Shown piece after piece: positions 1-15,932 of a stretch of 64,000 bases of DNA. The translations under genes and the position numbers were made by a program. Numbering within the stretch: position 1 is the stretch's first letter; the number at the start of each line of letters is the position of its first letter. The DNA lies in NCBI GenBank assembly GCA_012295275.1, contig CM022673.1:19344001-19408000 (forward strand). The letters run 5' to 3'. The stretch is from Chrysomallon squamiferum (taxonomy: Eukaryota; Animalia; Mollusca). The notes below the pieces were generated by a model. The model was not told the DNA's origin. It searched no databases and was given only the letters and a program-made list of their open reading frames with translations.

Positions 1-287
1 GAGGAGGGATTATCCATTTTTCAGTGAAACTTATCTTTTTGTTTGTTTCTTTCTTTCAGTAGTTCTAATTAATTAATAATTTAATTAATAATTATTATTT
101 TTTTTGTTGTTGTTGAGATTTGAATCTTGAACAAGAACAGTATATTTTCATTATGTAATGTGTGGCAACGGAATTATCTTAGTTTCATAGTTGTTGTTAG
201 TTTTTTGATATCTCTTCGAAAGAGAATTTACGGTTCTGTCTACAAATGGTACCTTCGTTAAAAGCTATTTCTTTGTCCATTTACCAG

Positions 288-329
288 GTCCGGTTACAAG
301 CCCTACGATATCTGTCTCATCTGTCACAG
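288..329 (+). CDS. Array A copy 1, PTS exon, 42 nt, phase 1-1 (GPVTSPTISVSSVT)
   Basis: tttaccag|GTCCGG...GTCACAG|gtaatg; length divisible by 3; S/T/P-rich. Confidence 0.85.
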
Positions 330-2782
330 GTAATGTCTTTCTAAAACAAGATTGAAGATATAATAATTTAGAAACTATCTGGAATTCTTTTTTAATGTTT
401 AAGTGGTTCTTTATCGGTGTTTTAAACAGCTTTAGTTACAACGATTAGTTGTTTTCATTATTTCAAACTTCTATGAAACTTCAGATCCGATTAAGGTGAT
501 AACACCTTGTTATTGTTTTTTTTCTAGTTTGATAGGGTTTTCTACCTAAACCTTTGATGGTTTTCGTCTTAGTTTTTTCTGTGGTTTGACTTCTTTTTAT
601 GTTCATTTGTTTGTTTGTTTAATTGATGACGTTTCACTGAAACCCGCATTGTATCTCTCAAACAGAATGTGAACTCACTGATATGATGGGCGAACCCGGT
701 TCACCAAAACAACCTCTTAAGTACGATGCAGACACGAAAACGGCGGTGATAACAGTCGATGGTCCAGTAGAAAAGGTTACGAAAATACCTGAAGATGCTA
801 AAGTGTACGTCACGAAGGTAAGAATTTAGCGGATGGTTAACGGAAACCTAACTCATTTACATTTAATGCATCGATTATTCTCGATGTTGAAAGGCAGTTG
901 CTAATTTAAATGTTTGTTTAATGAATAGGATAAACCAACTCCAGGTCCTGAGCAGAAAGTGTTTTATCCTGCCGGTAATCCTCCAAAGGACGGTACGACA
1001 ATTACGGTAACAGTCAAGGATAAAACAGGTATTTATTAATCAGTTATTATAACTATGAAAATAGAAAATCGCGATTGGTAGCAGTAAATATTAACAAGGA
1101 AAGTAGCGAATAAGTAAATAAATGAGGAAAATGTACTGATAATATAGAATAAATAAGAGAAACTTAAAAATAAAATGGTGCAAAATCTACCATCAGTACA
1201 AACATACATTGTTCCTACTGTTACTTTCTGTTTAAAACAGGTACTGAAAAGCAATCAACAGCAGAAGTGAAGACTGAGGGTAATATTGTTACACTGAAAC
1301 TTCCCAAGGACGAAACATTTGTTAACATCCCACAGCAGCCTGATGTTCTTAAAGTAGAGGAAATAAAACCAACCGTAAGGACATGCGAAATTGATTTGTG
1401 ATTTGTAGAGGTGTGGGGAATAAAAAGTAAAAGAAAACGAAATGAAACAATAAAAAGAAAAAAGAAAAGAAAAAAAATATATAGAGTGTACAAAGAGGTA
1501 TTCTTCTGAATCCACACGGCAGGGAAATAGCCGACGACTGTTACCTAATGTGATACTGATATTCATTCATTTGATCGTACTTAAAACACTAAAGTCTTTC
1601 TTATATTTTCGAGATGAATAACCTATATTATTAATGTTTAATGACACATGTTATTGTGCTTTGTTTTTTGTTTGGCCATGTCCAGAATGGAGAAATTACT
1701 CCGAATGGCGAAGACATTGATAAAATTATAATTACTGGCATCCCCGAAAACAAGTCAAGAGATATCGACGTGTTGGTTTGTAAGAAAGGTAAGATAATAA
1801 TGAATGATTGATGTAATTCATGTTTGATTTACCCACTTTCTGAAACGTAATTTCATGTATTGCTACTATTCCCCAACGACGAGGAAGAGATGATTTAACA
1901 AAACAAAGAAATATGGAAGATACAGTCAAATATATAAAGGTGGTTACGTTGAAAACGGCAATTGTACAGTTCAATCACAGGATCATAAAACTAATTTGTG
2001 CAAATATTGTGTTTCTTCTGACAACGAAGTGTATTTTGTGAATTTAGTTTCGAAAAGTAAAGTTAATTGTATAAATACGGGAACTGACTTTTGACCGGTT
2101 TCATTTCTATATTACAGTTCCAACAACAACCACGCCAGGAACAACAATTTCGCGTACTACAGGTAATCATTTCACATTAATTTGTATCGGTTACAAATCT
2201 TGAAGTCATTCGTTTAGCCGTCCGTGGTAGAGTACGGCAATGATTTGTTCAGGAGAAATATAGAACTAATTGTCGTTATAAACTTACATCTCTTCAAAAT
2301 AATTGAAAAAGTGTGCAAGAAAAGTAACTGCAGTCGTTTTCTTAATATCATTCCAGGTACGTCACCAACGACTGGAACAGGCCCGACATCAACTGTTTCT
2401 AGTGCAACCACTTCAGGTAACTCAACTATGATTGTTTCACTTGTAAACAATTCGATCTCTATCGATTCATTATAAAGAAAGTCGAGGACGGATTATGCAT
2501 TTCGAGAGAAACAGAATAATTTATTTCTTTATTTATATATTACTAATTAAGTAATTAGGAAAACAAAGAAAACAGTAGTAGCAGCAGCAGTAGTAAAACG
2601 GACACATCTGATAGAAGAAGATCATGGTTCATTTAGAACGAGTATGATTACGGCAAAGCCTTTCTGACTGAGATCGAAAAGTTTCAATAAAATAAATTGG
2701 AACGACAAAAGCTATAAAAAAGTTCCAAATACTACTACTACTACTACTACTAACAGTAATTATAATAGTAACAATAATGATG

Positions 2783-2842
<60 letters not shown>

Positions 2843-5800
2843 GAAATAGAAATAGAAATAATAATACTAATACTACTACTACTAATACTACTACTAATAA
2901 TAATAACAATAGTAATAATAATTACAATAATAATAATAAAAGAACAACAACAACAACAATACTCGTCGTATAGTAGGAACAATACAAAAAAAATACATTA
3001 GGTTACAGATGATTCTACATTAGAAACAGACTCTAGCGAATTTTGATTAATAGTTGATTAGTAGTTTGCTGTGAACTTGTACCGATCGTTTTCACTGTCC
3101 CTCAAACATCATGGATTTTGTTAATATTATTCCAGGTACGTCACCAACGACTGGAACAGGCCCAACATCAACTGTTTCTAGTGCAACCACTCCAGGTAAC
3201 TCAACTATAATTGTTTCGCTTGGAAACAGTTTGATCTCTATCGATGCAGTTATATAAAGAAAGTCGAGGAGGGATTATCCATTTTTCAGTGAAACTTATC
3301 TTTTTGTTTGTTTCTTTCTTTCAGTAGTTCTAATTAATTAATAATTTAATTAATAATTATTTTTTTTTTGTTGTTGTTGAGATTTGAATCTTGAACAAGA
3401 ACAGTATATTTTCATTATGTAATGTGTGGCAACGGAATTATCTTAGTTTCATAGTTGTTGTTAGTTTTGATATCTCTTCGAAAGAGAATTTACGGTTCTG
3501 TCTACAAATGGTACCTTCGTTAAAAGCTATTTCTTTGTCCATTTACCAGGTCCGGTTACAAGCCCTACGATATCTGTCTCATCTGTCACAGGTAATGTCT
3601 TTCTAAAACAAGATTGAAGATATAATAATTTAGAAACTATCTGGAATTCTTTTTTAATGTTTAAGTGGTTCTTTATCGGTGTTTTAAACAGCTTTAGTTA
3701 CAACGATTAGTTGTTTTCATTATTTCAAACTTCTATGAAACTTCAGATCCGATTAAGGTGATAACACCTTGTTATTGTTGCTTTTTTCTAGTTTGATAGG
3801 GTTTTCTACCTAAACCTTTGATGGTTTTCGTCTTAGTTTTTTTCTGTGGTTTGACTTCTTTTTTTATGTTCATTTGTTTGTTTGTTTAATTGATGACGTT
3901 TCACTGAAACCCGCATTGTATCTCTCAAACAGAATGTGAACTCACTGATATGATGGGCGAACCCGGTTCACCAAAACAACCTCTTAAGTACGATGCAGAC
4001 ACGAAAACGGCGGTGATAACAGTCGATGGTCCAGTAGAAAAGGTTACGAAAATACCTGAAGATGCTAAAGTGTACGTCACGAAGGTAAGAATTTAGCGGA
4101 TGGTTAACGGAAACCTAACTCATTTACATTTAATGCATCGATTATTCTCGATGTTGAAAGGCAGTTGCTAATTTAAATGTTTGTTTAATGAATAGGATAA
4201 ACCAACTCCAGGTCCTGAGCAGAAAGTGTTTTATCCTGCCGGTAATCCTCCAAAGGACGGTACGACAATTACGGTAACAGTCAAGGATAAAACAGGTATT
4301 TATTAATCAGTTATTATAACTATGAAAATAGAAAATCGCGATTGGTAGCAGTAAATATTAACAAGGAAAGTAGCGAATAAGTAAATAAATGAGGAAAATG
4401 TACTGATAATATAGAATAAATAAGAGAAACTTAAAAATAAAATGGTGCAAAATCTACCATCAGTACAAACACATTGTTCCTACTGTTACTTTCTGTTTAA
4501 AACAGGTACTGAAAAGCAATCAACAGCAGAAGTGAAGACTGAGGGTAATATTGTTACACTGAAACTTCCCAAGGACGAAACATTTGTTAACATCCCACAG
4601 CAGCCTGATGTTCTTAAAGTAGAGGAAATAAAACCAACCGTAAGGACATGCGAAATTGATTTGTGATTTGTAGAGGTGTGGGGAATAAAAAGTAAAAGAA
4701 AACGAAATGAAACAATAAAAAGAAAAAAGAAAAGAAAAAAAAATATATAGAGTGTACAAAGAGGTATTCTTCTGAATCCACACGGCAGGGAAATAGCCGA
4801 CGACTGTTACCTAATGTGATACTGATATTCATTCATTTGATCGTACTTAAAAACACTAAAGTCTTTCTTATATTTTCGAGATGAATAACCTATATTATTA
4901 ATGTTTAATGACACATGTTATTGTGCTTTGTTTTTTGTTTGGCCATGTCCAGAATGGAGAAATTACTCCGAATGGCGAAGACATTGATAAAATTATAATT
5001 ACTGGCATCCCCGAAAACAAGTCAAGAGATATCGACGTGTTGGTTTGTAAGAAAGGTAAGATAATAATGAATGATTGATGTAATTCATGTTTGATTTACC
5101 CACTTTCTGAAACGTAATTTCATGTATTGCTACTATTCCCCAACGACGAGGAAGAGATGATTTAACAAAACAAAGAAATATGGAAGATACAGTCAAATAT
5201 ATAAAGGTGGTTACGTTGAAAACGGCAATTGTACAGTTCAATCACAGGATCATAAAACTAATTTGTGCAAATATTGTGTTTCTTCTGACAACGAAGTGTA
5301 TTTTGTGAATTTAGTTTCGAAAAGTAAAGTTAATTGTATAAATACGGGAACTGACTTTTGACCGGTTTCATTTCTATATTACAGTTCCAACAACAACCAC
5401 GCCAGGAACAACAATTTCGCGTACTACAGGTAATCATTTCACATTAATTTGTATCGGTTACAAATCTTGAAGTCATTCGTTTAGCCGTCCGTGGTAGAGT
5501 ACGGCAATGATTTGTTCAGGAGAAATATAGAACTAATTGTCGTTATAAACTTACATCTCTTCAAAATAATTGAAAAAGTGTGCAAGAAAAGTAACTGCAG
5601 TCGTTTTCTTAATATCATTCCAGGTACGTCACCAACGACTGGAACAGGCCCGACATCAACTGTTTCTAGTGCAACCACTTCAGGTAACTCAACTATGATT
5701 GTTTCACTTGTAAACAATTCGATCTCTATCGATTCATTTGCATAAAGAAAGTCGAGGACGGATTATGCATTTCGAGAGAAACAGAATAATTTATTTCTTT

Positions 5801-6057
5801 ATTTATATATTACTAATTAAGTAATTAGGAAAACAAAGAAAACAGTAGTAGCAGCAGCAGTAGTAAAACGGACACATCTGATAGAAGAAGATCACGGTTC
5901 ATTTAGAACGAGTATGATTACGGCAAAGCCTTTCTGACTGAGATCGAAAAGTTTCAATAAAATAAATTGGAACGACAAAAGCTATAAAAAGTTCCAAATA
6001 CTACTACTGCTACTACTACTAACAGTAATTATAATAATAGTAATAATGATGATAATA

Positions 6058-6109
<52 letters not shown>

Positions 6110-7975
6110 GAAATAGAAATAGAAATAATACTAATACTACTACTACTAATACTACTACTAATAATAATAACAATAGTAATAATAATTACAATAATAATAA
6201 TAAAAGAACAACAACAACAACAATACTCGTATAGTAGGAACAATAAAAAAATACATTAGGTTACAGATGATTCTACATTAGAAACAGACTCTAGCGAATT
6301 TTGATTAATAGTTGATTAGTAGTTTGCTGTGAACTTGTACCGATCGTTTTCACTGTCCCTCAAACATCATGGATTTTTGTTAATATTATTCCAGGTACGT
6401 CACCAACGACTGGAACAGGCCCAACATCAACTGTTTCTAGTGCAACCACTCCAGGTAACTCAACTATAATTGTTTCGCTTGGAAACAGTTTGATCTCTAT
6501 CGATGCAGTTATATAAAGAAAGTCGAGGAGGGATTATCCATTTTTCAGTGAAACTTATCTTTTTGTTTGTTTCTTTCTTTCAGTAGTTCTAATTAATTAA
6601 TAATTTAATTAATAATTATTATTTTTTGTTGTTGTTGAGATTTGAATCTTGAACAAGAACAGTATATTTTCATTATGTAATGTGTGGCAACGGAATTATC
6701 TTAGTTTCATAGTTGTTGTTAGTTTTTTGATATCTCTTCGAAAGAGAATTTACGGTTCTGTCTACAAATGGTACCTTCGTTAAAAGCTATTTCTTTGTCC
6801 ATTTACCAGGTCCGGTTACAAGCCCTACGATATCTGTCTCATCTGTCACAGGTAATGTCTTTCTAAAACAAGATTGAAGATATAATAATTTAGAAACTAT
6901 CTGGAATTCTTTTTTAATGTTTAAGTGGTTCTTTATCGGTGTTTTAAACAGCTTTAGTTACAACGATTAGTTGTTTTCATTATTTCAAACTTCTATGAAA
7001 CTTCAGATCCGATTAAGGTGATAACACCTTGTTATTGTTGCTTTTCTAGTTTGATAGGGTTTTCTACCTAAACCTTTGATGGTTTTCGTCTTAGTTTTTT
7101 TTCTGTGGTTTGACTTCTTTTTATGTTCATTTGTTTGTTTGTTTAATTGATGACGTTTCACTGAAACCCGCATTGTATCTCTCAAACAGAATGTGAACTC
7201 ACTGATATGATGGGCGAACCCGGTTCACCAAAACAACCTCTTAAGTACGATGCAGACACGAAAACGGCGGTGATAACAGTCGATGGTCCAGTAGAAAAGG
7301 TTACGAAAATACCTGAAGATGCTAAAGTGTACGTCACGAAGGTAAGAATTTAGCGGATGGTTAACGGAAACCTAACTCATTTACATTTAATGCATCGATT
7401 ATTCTCGATGTTGAAAGGCAGTTGCTAATTTAAATGTTTGTTTAATGAATAGGATAAACCAACTCCAGGTCCTGAGCAGAAAGTGTTTTATCCTGCCGGT
7501 AATCCTCCAAAGGACGGTACGACAATTACGGTAACAGTCAAGGATAAAACAGGTATTTATTAATCAGTTATTATAACTATGAAAATAGAAAATCGCGATT
7601 GGTAGCAGTAAATATTAACAAGGAAAGTAGCGAATAAGTAAATAAATGAGGAAAATGTACTGATAATATAGAATAAATAAGAGAAACTTAAAAATAAAAT
7701 GGTGCAAAATCTACCATCAGTACAAACATACATTGTTCCTACTGTTACTTTCTGTTTAAAACAGGTACTGAAAAGCAATCAACAGCAGAAGTGAAGACTG
7801 AGGGTAATATTGTTACACTGAAACTTCCCAAGGACGAAACATTTGTTAACATCCCACAGCAGCCTGATGTTCTTAAAGTAGAGGAAATAAAACCAACCGT
7901 AAGGACATGCGAAATTGATTTGTGATTTGTAGAGGTGTGGGGAATAAAAAGTAAAAAAAAAACGAAAATGAAAAA

Positions 7976-8011
<36 letters not shown>

Positions 8012-9319
8012 TAGAGTGTACAAAGAGGTATTCTTCTGAATCCACACGGCAGGGAAATAGCCGACGACTGTTACCTAATGTGATACTGATATTCATTCAT
8101 TTGATCGTACTTAAAACACTAAAGTCTTTCTTATATTTTCGAGATGAATAACCTATATTATTAATGTTTAATGACACATGTTATTGTGCTTTGTTTTTTG
8201 TTTGGCCATGTCCAGAATGGAGAAATTACTCCGAATGGCGAAGACATTGATAAAATTATAATTACTGGCATCCCCGAAAACAAGTCAAGAGATATCGACG
8301 TGTTGGTTTGTAAGAAAGGTAAGATAATAATGAATGATTGATGTAATTCATGTTTGATTTACCCACTTTCTGAAACGTAATTTCATGTATTGCTACTATT
8401 CCCCAACGACGAGGAAGAGATGATTTAACAAAACAAAGAAATATGGAAGATACAGTCAAATATATAAAGGTGGTTACGTTGAAAACGGCAATTGTACAGT
8501 TCAATCACAGGATCATAAAACTAATTTGTGCAAATATTGTGTTTCTTCTGACAACGAAGTGTATTTTGTGAATTTAGTTTCGAAAAGTAAAGTTAATTGT
8601 ATAAATACGGGAACTGACTTTTGACCGGTTTCATTTCTATATTACAGTTCCAACAACAACCACGCCAGGAACAACAATTTCGCGTACTACAGGTAATCAT
8701 TTCACATTAATTTGTATCGGTTACAAATCTTGAAGTCATTCGTTTAGCCGTCCGTGGTAGAGTACGGCAATGATTTGTTCAGGAGAAATATAGAACTAAT
8801 TGTCGTTATAAACTTACATCTCTTCAAAATAATTGAAAAAGTGTGCAAGAAAAGTAACTGCAGTCGTTTTCTTAATATCATTCCAGGTACGTCACCAACG
8901 ACTGGAACAGGCCCGACATCAACTGTTTCTAGTGCAACCACTTCAGGTAACTCAACTATGATTGTTTCACTTGTAAAAACAATTCGATCTCTATCGATTC
9001 ATTTGCATAAAGAAAGTCGAGGACGGATTATGCATTTCGAGAGAAACAGAATAATTTATTTCTTTATTTATATATTACTAATTAAGTAATTAGGAAAACA
9101 AAGAAAACAGTAGTAGCAGCAGCAGTAGTAAAACGGACACATCTGATAGAAGAAGATCATGGTTCATTTAGAACGAGTATGATTACGGCAAAGCCTTTCT
9201 GACTGAGATCGAAAAGTTTCAATAAAATAAATTGGAACGACAAAAGCTATAAAAAGTTCCAAATACTACTACTGCTACTACTACTACTAACAGTAATTAT
9301 AATAGTAACAATAATGATG

Positions 9320-9388
<69 letters not shown>

Positions 9389-12300
9389 GAAATAGAAATA
9401 ATAATACTAATACTACTACTACTAATACTACTACTAATAATAATAACAATAGTAATAATAATTACAATAATAATAATAAAAGAACAACAACAACAACAAT
9501 ACTCGTATAGTAGGAACAATAAAAAATACATTAGGTTACAGATGATTCTACATTAGAAACAGACTCTAGCGAATTTTGATTAATAGTTGATTAGTAGTTT
9601 GCTGTGAACTTGTACCGATCGTTTTCACTGTCCCTCAAACATCATGGATTTTTGTTAATATTATTCCAGGTACGTCACCAACGACTGGAACAGGCCCAAC
9701 ATCAACTGTTTCTAGTGCAACCACTCCAGGTAACTCAACTATAATTGTTTCGCTTGGAAACAGTTTGATCTCTATCGATGCAGTTATATAAAGAAAGTCG
9801 AGGAGGGATTATCCATTTTTCAGTGAAACTTATCTTTTTTTGTTTGTTTCTTTCTTTCAGTAGTTCTAATTAATTAATAATTTAATTAATAATTATTATT
9901 TTTTTTGTTGTTGTTGAGATTTGAATCTTGAACAAGAACAGTATATTTTCATTATGTAATGTGTGGCAACGGAATTATCTTAGTTTCATAGTTGTTGTTA
10001 GTTTTTTGATATCTCTTCGAAAGAGAATTTACGGTTCTGTCTACAAATGGTACCTTCGTTAAAAGCTATTTCTTTGTCCATTTACCAGGTCCGGTTACAA
10101 GCCCTACGATATCTGTCTCATCTGTCACAGGTAATGTCTTTCTAAAACAAGATTGAAGATATAATAATTTAGAAACTATCTGGAATTTTTTTAATGTTTA
10201 AGTGGTTCTTTATCGGTGTTTTAAACAGCTTTAGTTACAACGATTAGTTGTTTTCATTATTTCAAACTTCTATGAAACTTCAGATCCGATTAAGGTGATA
10301 ACACCTTGTTATTGTTGCTTTTCTAGTTTGATAGGGTTTTCTACCTAAACCTTTGATGGTTTTTTTCGTCTTAGTTTTTTTTCTGTGGTTTGACTTCTTT
10401 TTATGTTCATTTGTTTGTTTGTTTAATTGATGACGTTTCACTGAAACCCGCATTGTATCTCTCAAACAGAATGTGAACTCACTGATATGATGGGCGAACC
10501 CGGTTCACCAAAACAACCTCTTAAGTACGATGCAGACACGAAAACGGCGGTGATAACAGTCGATGGTCCAGTAGAAAAGGTTACGAAAATACCTGAAGAT
10601 GCTAAAGTGTACGTCACGAAGGTAAGAATTTAGCGGATGGTTAACGGAAACCTAACTCATTTACATTTAATGCATCGATTATTCTCGATGTTGAAAGGCA
10701 GTTGCTAATTTAAATGTTTGTTTAATGAATAGGATAAACCAACTCCAGGTCCTGAGCAGAAAGTGTTTTATCCTGCCGGTAATCCTCCAAAGGACGGTAC
10801 GACAATTACGGTAACAGTCAAGGATAAAACAGGTATTTATTAATCAGTTATTATAACTATGAAAATAGAAAATCGCGATTGGTAGCAGTAAATATTAACA
10901 AGGAAAGTAGCGAATAAGTAAATAAATGAGGAAAATGTACTGATAATATAGAATAAATAAGAGAAACTTAAAAATAAAATGGTGCAAAATCTACCATCAG
11001 TACAAACATACATTGTTCCTACTGTTACTTTCTGTTTAAAACAGGTACTGAAAAGCAATCAACAGCAGAAGTGAAGACTGAGGGTAATATTGTTACACTG
11101 AAACTTCCCAAGGACGAAACATTTGTTAACATCCCACAGCAGCCTGATGTTCTTAAAGTAGAGGAAATAAAACCAACCGTAAGGACATGCGAAATTGATT
11201 TGTGATTTGTAGAGGTGTGGGGAATAAAAAGTAAAAGAAAACGAAATGAAACAATAAAAAGAAAAAAAAAAGAAAAAAAAAAATATATAGAGTGTACAAA
11301 GAGGTATTCTTCTGAATCCACGGCAGGGAAATAGCCGACGACTGTTACCTAATGTGATACTGATATTCATTCATTTGATCGTACTTAAAACACTAAAGTC
11401 TTTCTTATATTTTCGAGATGAATAACCTATATTATTAATGTTTAATGACACATGTTATTGTGCTTTGTTTTTTGTTTGGCCATGTCCAGAATGGAGAAAT
11501 TACTCCGAATGGCGAAGACATTGATAAAATTATAATTACTGGCATCCCCGAAAACAAGTCAAGAGATATCGACGTGTTGGTTTGTAAGAAAGGTAAGATA
11601 ATAATGAATGATTGATGTAATTCATGTTTGATTTACCCACTTTCTGAAACGTAATTTCATGTATTGCTACTATTCCCCAACGACGAGGAAGAGATGATTT
11701 AACAAAACAAAGAAATATGGAAGATACAGTCAAATATATAAAGGTGGTTACGTTGAAAACGGCAATTGTACAGTTCAATCACAGGATCATAAAACTAATT
11801 TGTGCAAATATTGTGTTTCTTCTGACAACGAAGTGTATTTTGTGAATTTAGTTTCGAAAAGTAAAGTTAATTGTATAAATACGGGAACTGACTTTTGACC
11901 GGTTTCATTTCTATATTACAGTTCCAACAACAACCACGCCAGGAACAACAATTTCGCGTACTACAGGTAATCATTTCACATTAATTTGTATCGGTTACAA
12001 ATCTTGAAGTCATTCGTTTAGCCGTCCGTGGTAGAGTACGGCAATGATTTGTTCAGGAGAAATATAGAACTAATTGTCGTTATAAACTTACATCTCTTCA
12101 AAATAATTGAAAAAGTGTGCAAGAAAAGTAACTGCAGTCGTTTTCTTAATATCATTCCAGGTACGTCACCAACGACTGGAACAGGCCCGACATCAACTGT
12201 TTCTAGTGCAACCACTTCAGGTAACTCAACTATGATTGTTTCACTTGTAAACAATTCGATCTCTATCGATTCATTTGCATAAAGAAAGTCGAGGACGGAT

Positions 12301-12591
12301 TATGCATTTCGAGAGAAACAGAATAATTTATTTCTTTATTTATATATTACTAATTAAGTAATTAGGAAAACAAAGAAAACAGTAGTAGCAGCAGCAGTAG
12401 TAAAACGGACACATCTGATAGAAGAAGATCATGGTTCATTTAGAACGAGTATGATTACGGCAAAGCCTTTCTCTGGACTGAGATCGAAAAGTTTCAATAA
12501 AATAAATTGGAACGACAAAAGCTATAAAAAGTTCCAAATACTACTACTGCTACTACTACTAACAGTAATTATAATAGTAACAATAATGATG

Positions 12592-12657
<66 letters not shown>

Positions 12658-15600
12658 GAAATAGAAATAATAATACTAATACTACTACTACTAATACTAC
12701 TACTAATAATAATAACAATAGTAATAATAATTACAATAATAATAATAAAAAGAACAACAACAACAACAATACTCGTATAGTAGGAACAATAAAAAAAATA
12801 CATTAGGTTACAGATGATTCTACATTAGAAACAGACTCTAGCGAATTTTGATTAATAGTTGATTAGTAGTTTGCTGTGAACTTGTACCGATCGTTTTCAC
12901 TGTCCCTCAAACATCATGGATTTTTGTTAATATTATTCCAGGTACGTCACCAACGACTGGAACAGGCCCAACATCAACTGTTTCTAGTGCAACCACTCCA
13001 GGTAACTCAACTATAATTGTTTCGCTTGGAAACAGTTTGATCTCTATCGATGCAGTTATATAAAGAAAGTCGAGGAGGGATTATCCATTTTTCAGTGAAA
13101 CTTATCTTTTTGTTTGTTTCTTTCTTTCAGTAGTTCTAATTAATTAATAATTTAATTAATAATTATTTTTTTTTTGTTGTTGTTGAGATTTGAATCTTGA
13201 ACAAGAACAGTATATTTTCATTATGTAATGTGTGGCAACGGAATTATCTTAGTTTCATAGTTGTTGTTAGTTTTTGATATCTCTTCGAAAGAGAATTTAC
13301 GGTTCTGTCTACAAATGGTACCTTCGTTAAAAGCTATTTCTTTGTCCATTTACCAGGTCCGGTTACAAGCCCTACGATATCTGTCTCATCTGTCACAGGT
13401 AATGTCTTTCTAAAACAAGATTGAAGATATAATAATTTAGAAACTATCTGGAATTCTTTTTTAATGTTTAAGTGGTTCTTTATCGGTGTTTTAAACAGCT
13501 TTAGTTACAACGATTAGTTGTTTTCATTATTTCAAACTTCTATGAAACTTCAGATCCGATTAAGGTGATAACACCTTGTTATTGTTGCTTTTCTAGTTTG
13601 ATAGGGTTTTCTACCTAAACCTTTGATGGTTTTCGTCTTAGTTTTTTTTCTGTGGTTTGACTTCTTTTTATGTTCATTTGTTTGTTTGTTTAATTGATGA
13701 CGTTTCACTGAAACCCGCATTGTATCTCTCAAACAGAATGTGAACTCACTGATATGATGGGCGAACCCGGTTCACCAAAACAACCTCTTAAGTACGATGC
13801 AGACACGAAAACGGCGGTGATAACAGTCGATGGTCCAGTAGAAAAGGTTACGAAAATACCTGAAGATGCTAAAGTGTACGTCACGAAGGTAAGAATTTAG
13901 CGGATGGTTAACGGAAACCTAACTCATTTACATTTAATGCATCGATTATTCTCGATGTTGAAAGGCAGTTGCTAATTTAAATGTTTGTTTAATGAATAGG
14001 ATAAACCAACTCCAGGTCCTGAGCAGAAAGTGTTTTATCCTGCCGGTAATCCTCCAAAGGACGGTACGACAATTACGGTAACAGTCAAGGATAAAACAGG
14101 TATTTATTAATCAGTTATTATAACTATGAAAATAGAAAATCGCGATTGGTAGCAGTAAATATTAACAAGGAAAGTAGCGAATAAGTAAATAAATGAGGAA
14201 AATGTACTGATAATATAGAATAAATAAGAGAAACTTAAAAATAAAATGGTGCAAAATCTACCATCAGTACAAACATACATTGTTCCTACTGTTACTTTCT
14301 GTTTAAAACAGGTACTGAAAAGCAATCAACAGCAGAAGTGAAGACTGAGGGTAATATTGTTACACTGAAACTTCCCAAGGACGAAACATTTGTTAACATC
14401 CCACAGCAGCCTGATGTTCTTAAAGTAGAGGAAATAAAACCAACCGTAAGGACATGCGAAATTGATTTGTGATTTGTAGAGGTGTGGGGAATAAAAAGTA
14501 AAAGAAAACGAAATGAAACAATAAAAAAAAAAAAAAAGAAAAGAAAAAAAATATATAGAGTGTACAAAGAGGTATTCTTCTGAATCCACACGGCAGGGAA
14601 ATAGCCGACGACTGTTACCTAATGTGATACTGATATTCATTCATTTGATCGTACTTAAAACACTAAAGTCTTTCTTATATTTTCGAGATGAATAACCTAT
14701 ATTATTAATGTTTAATGACACATGTTATTGTGCTTTGTTTTTTGTTTGGCCATGTCCAGAATGGAGAAATTACTCCGAATGGCGAAGACATTGATAAAAT
14801 TATAATTACTGGCATCCCCGAAAACAAGTCAAGAGATATCGACGTGTTGGTTTGTAAGAAAGGTAAGATAATAATGAATGATTGATGTAATTCATGTTTG
14901 ATTTACCCACTTTCTGAAACGTAATTTCATGTATTGCTACTATTCCCCAACGACGAGGAAGAGATGATTTAACAAAACAAAGAAATATGGAAGATACAGT
15001 CAAATATATAAAGGTGGTTACGTTGAAAACGGCAATTGTACAGTTCAATCACAGGATCATAAAACTAATTTGTGCAAATATTGTGTTTCTTCTGACAACG
15101 AAGTGTATTTTGTGAATTTAGTTTCGAAAAGTAAAGTTAATTGTATAAATACGGGAACTGACTTTTGACCGGTTTCATTTCTATATTACAGTTCCAACAA
15201 CAACCACGCCAGGAACAACAATTTCGCGTACTACAGGTAATCATTTCACATTAATTTGTATCGGTTACAAATCTTGAAGTCATTCGTTTAGCCGTCCGTG
15301 GTAGAGTACGGCAATGATTTGTTCAGGAGAAATATAGAACTAATTGTCGTTATAAACTTACATCTCTTCAAAATAATTGAAAAAAAGTGTGCAAGAAAAG
15401 TAACTGCAGTCGTTTTCTTAATATCATTCCAGGTACGTCACCAACGACTGGAACAGGCCCGACATCAACTGTTTCTAGTGCAACCACTTCAGGTAACTCA
15501 ACTATGATTGTTTCACTTGTAAACAATTCGATCTCTATCGATTCATTTGCATAAAGAAAGTCGAGGACGGATTATGCATTTCGAGAGAAACAGAATAATT

Positions 15601-15872
15601 TATTTCTTTATTTATATATTACTAATTAAGTAATTAGGAAAACAAAGAAAACAGTAGTAGCAGCAGCAGTAGTAAAACGGACACATCTGATAGAAGAAGA
15701 TCACGGTTCATTTAGAACGAGTATGATTACGGCAAAGCCTTTCTGACTGAGATCGAAAAGTTTCAATAAAATAAATTGGAACGACAAAAGCTATAAAAAG
15801 TTCCAAATACTACTACTGCTACTACTACTAACAGTAATTATAATAGTAACAATAATGATGATAATAATAATC

Positions 15873-15932
<60 letters not shown>

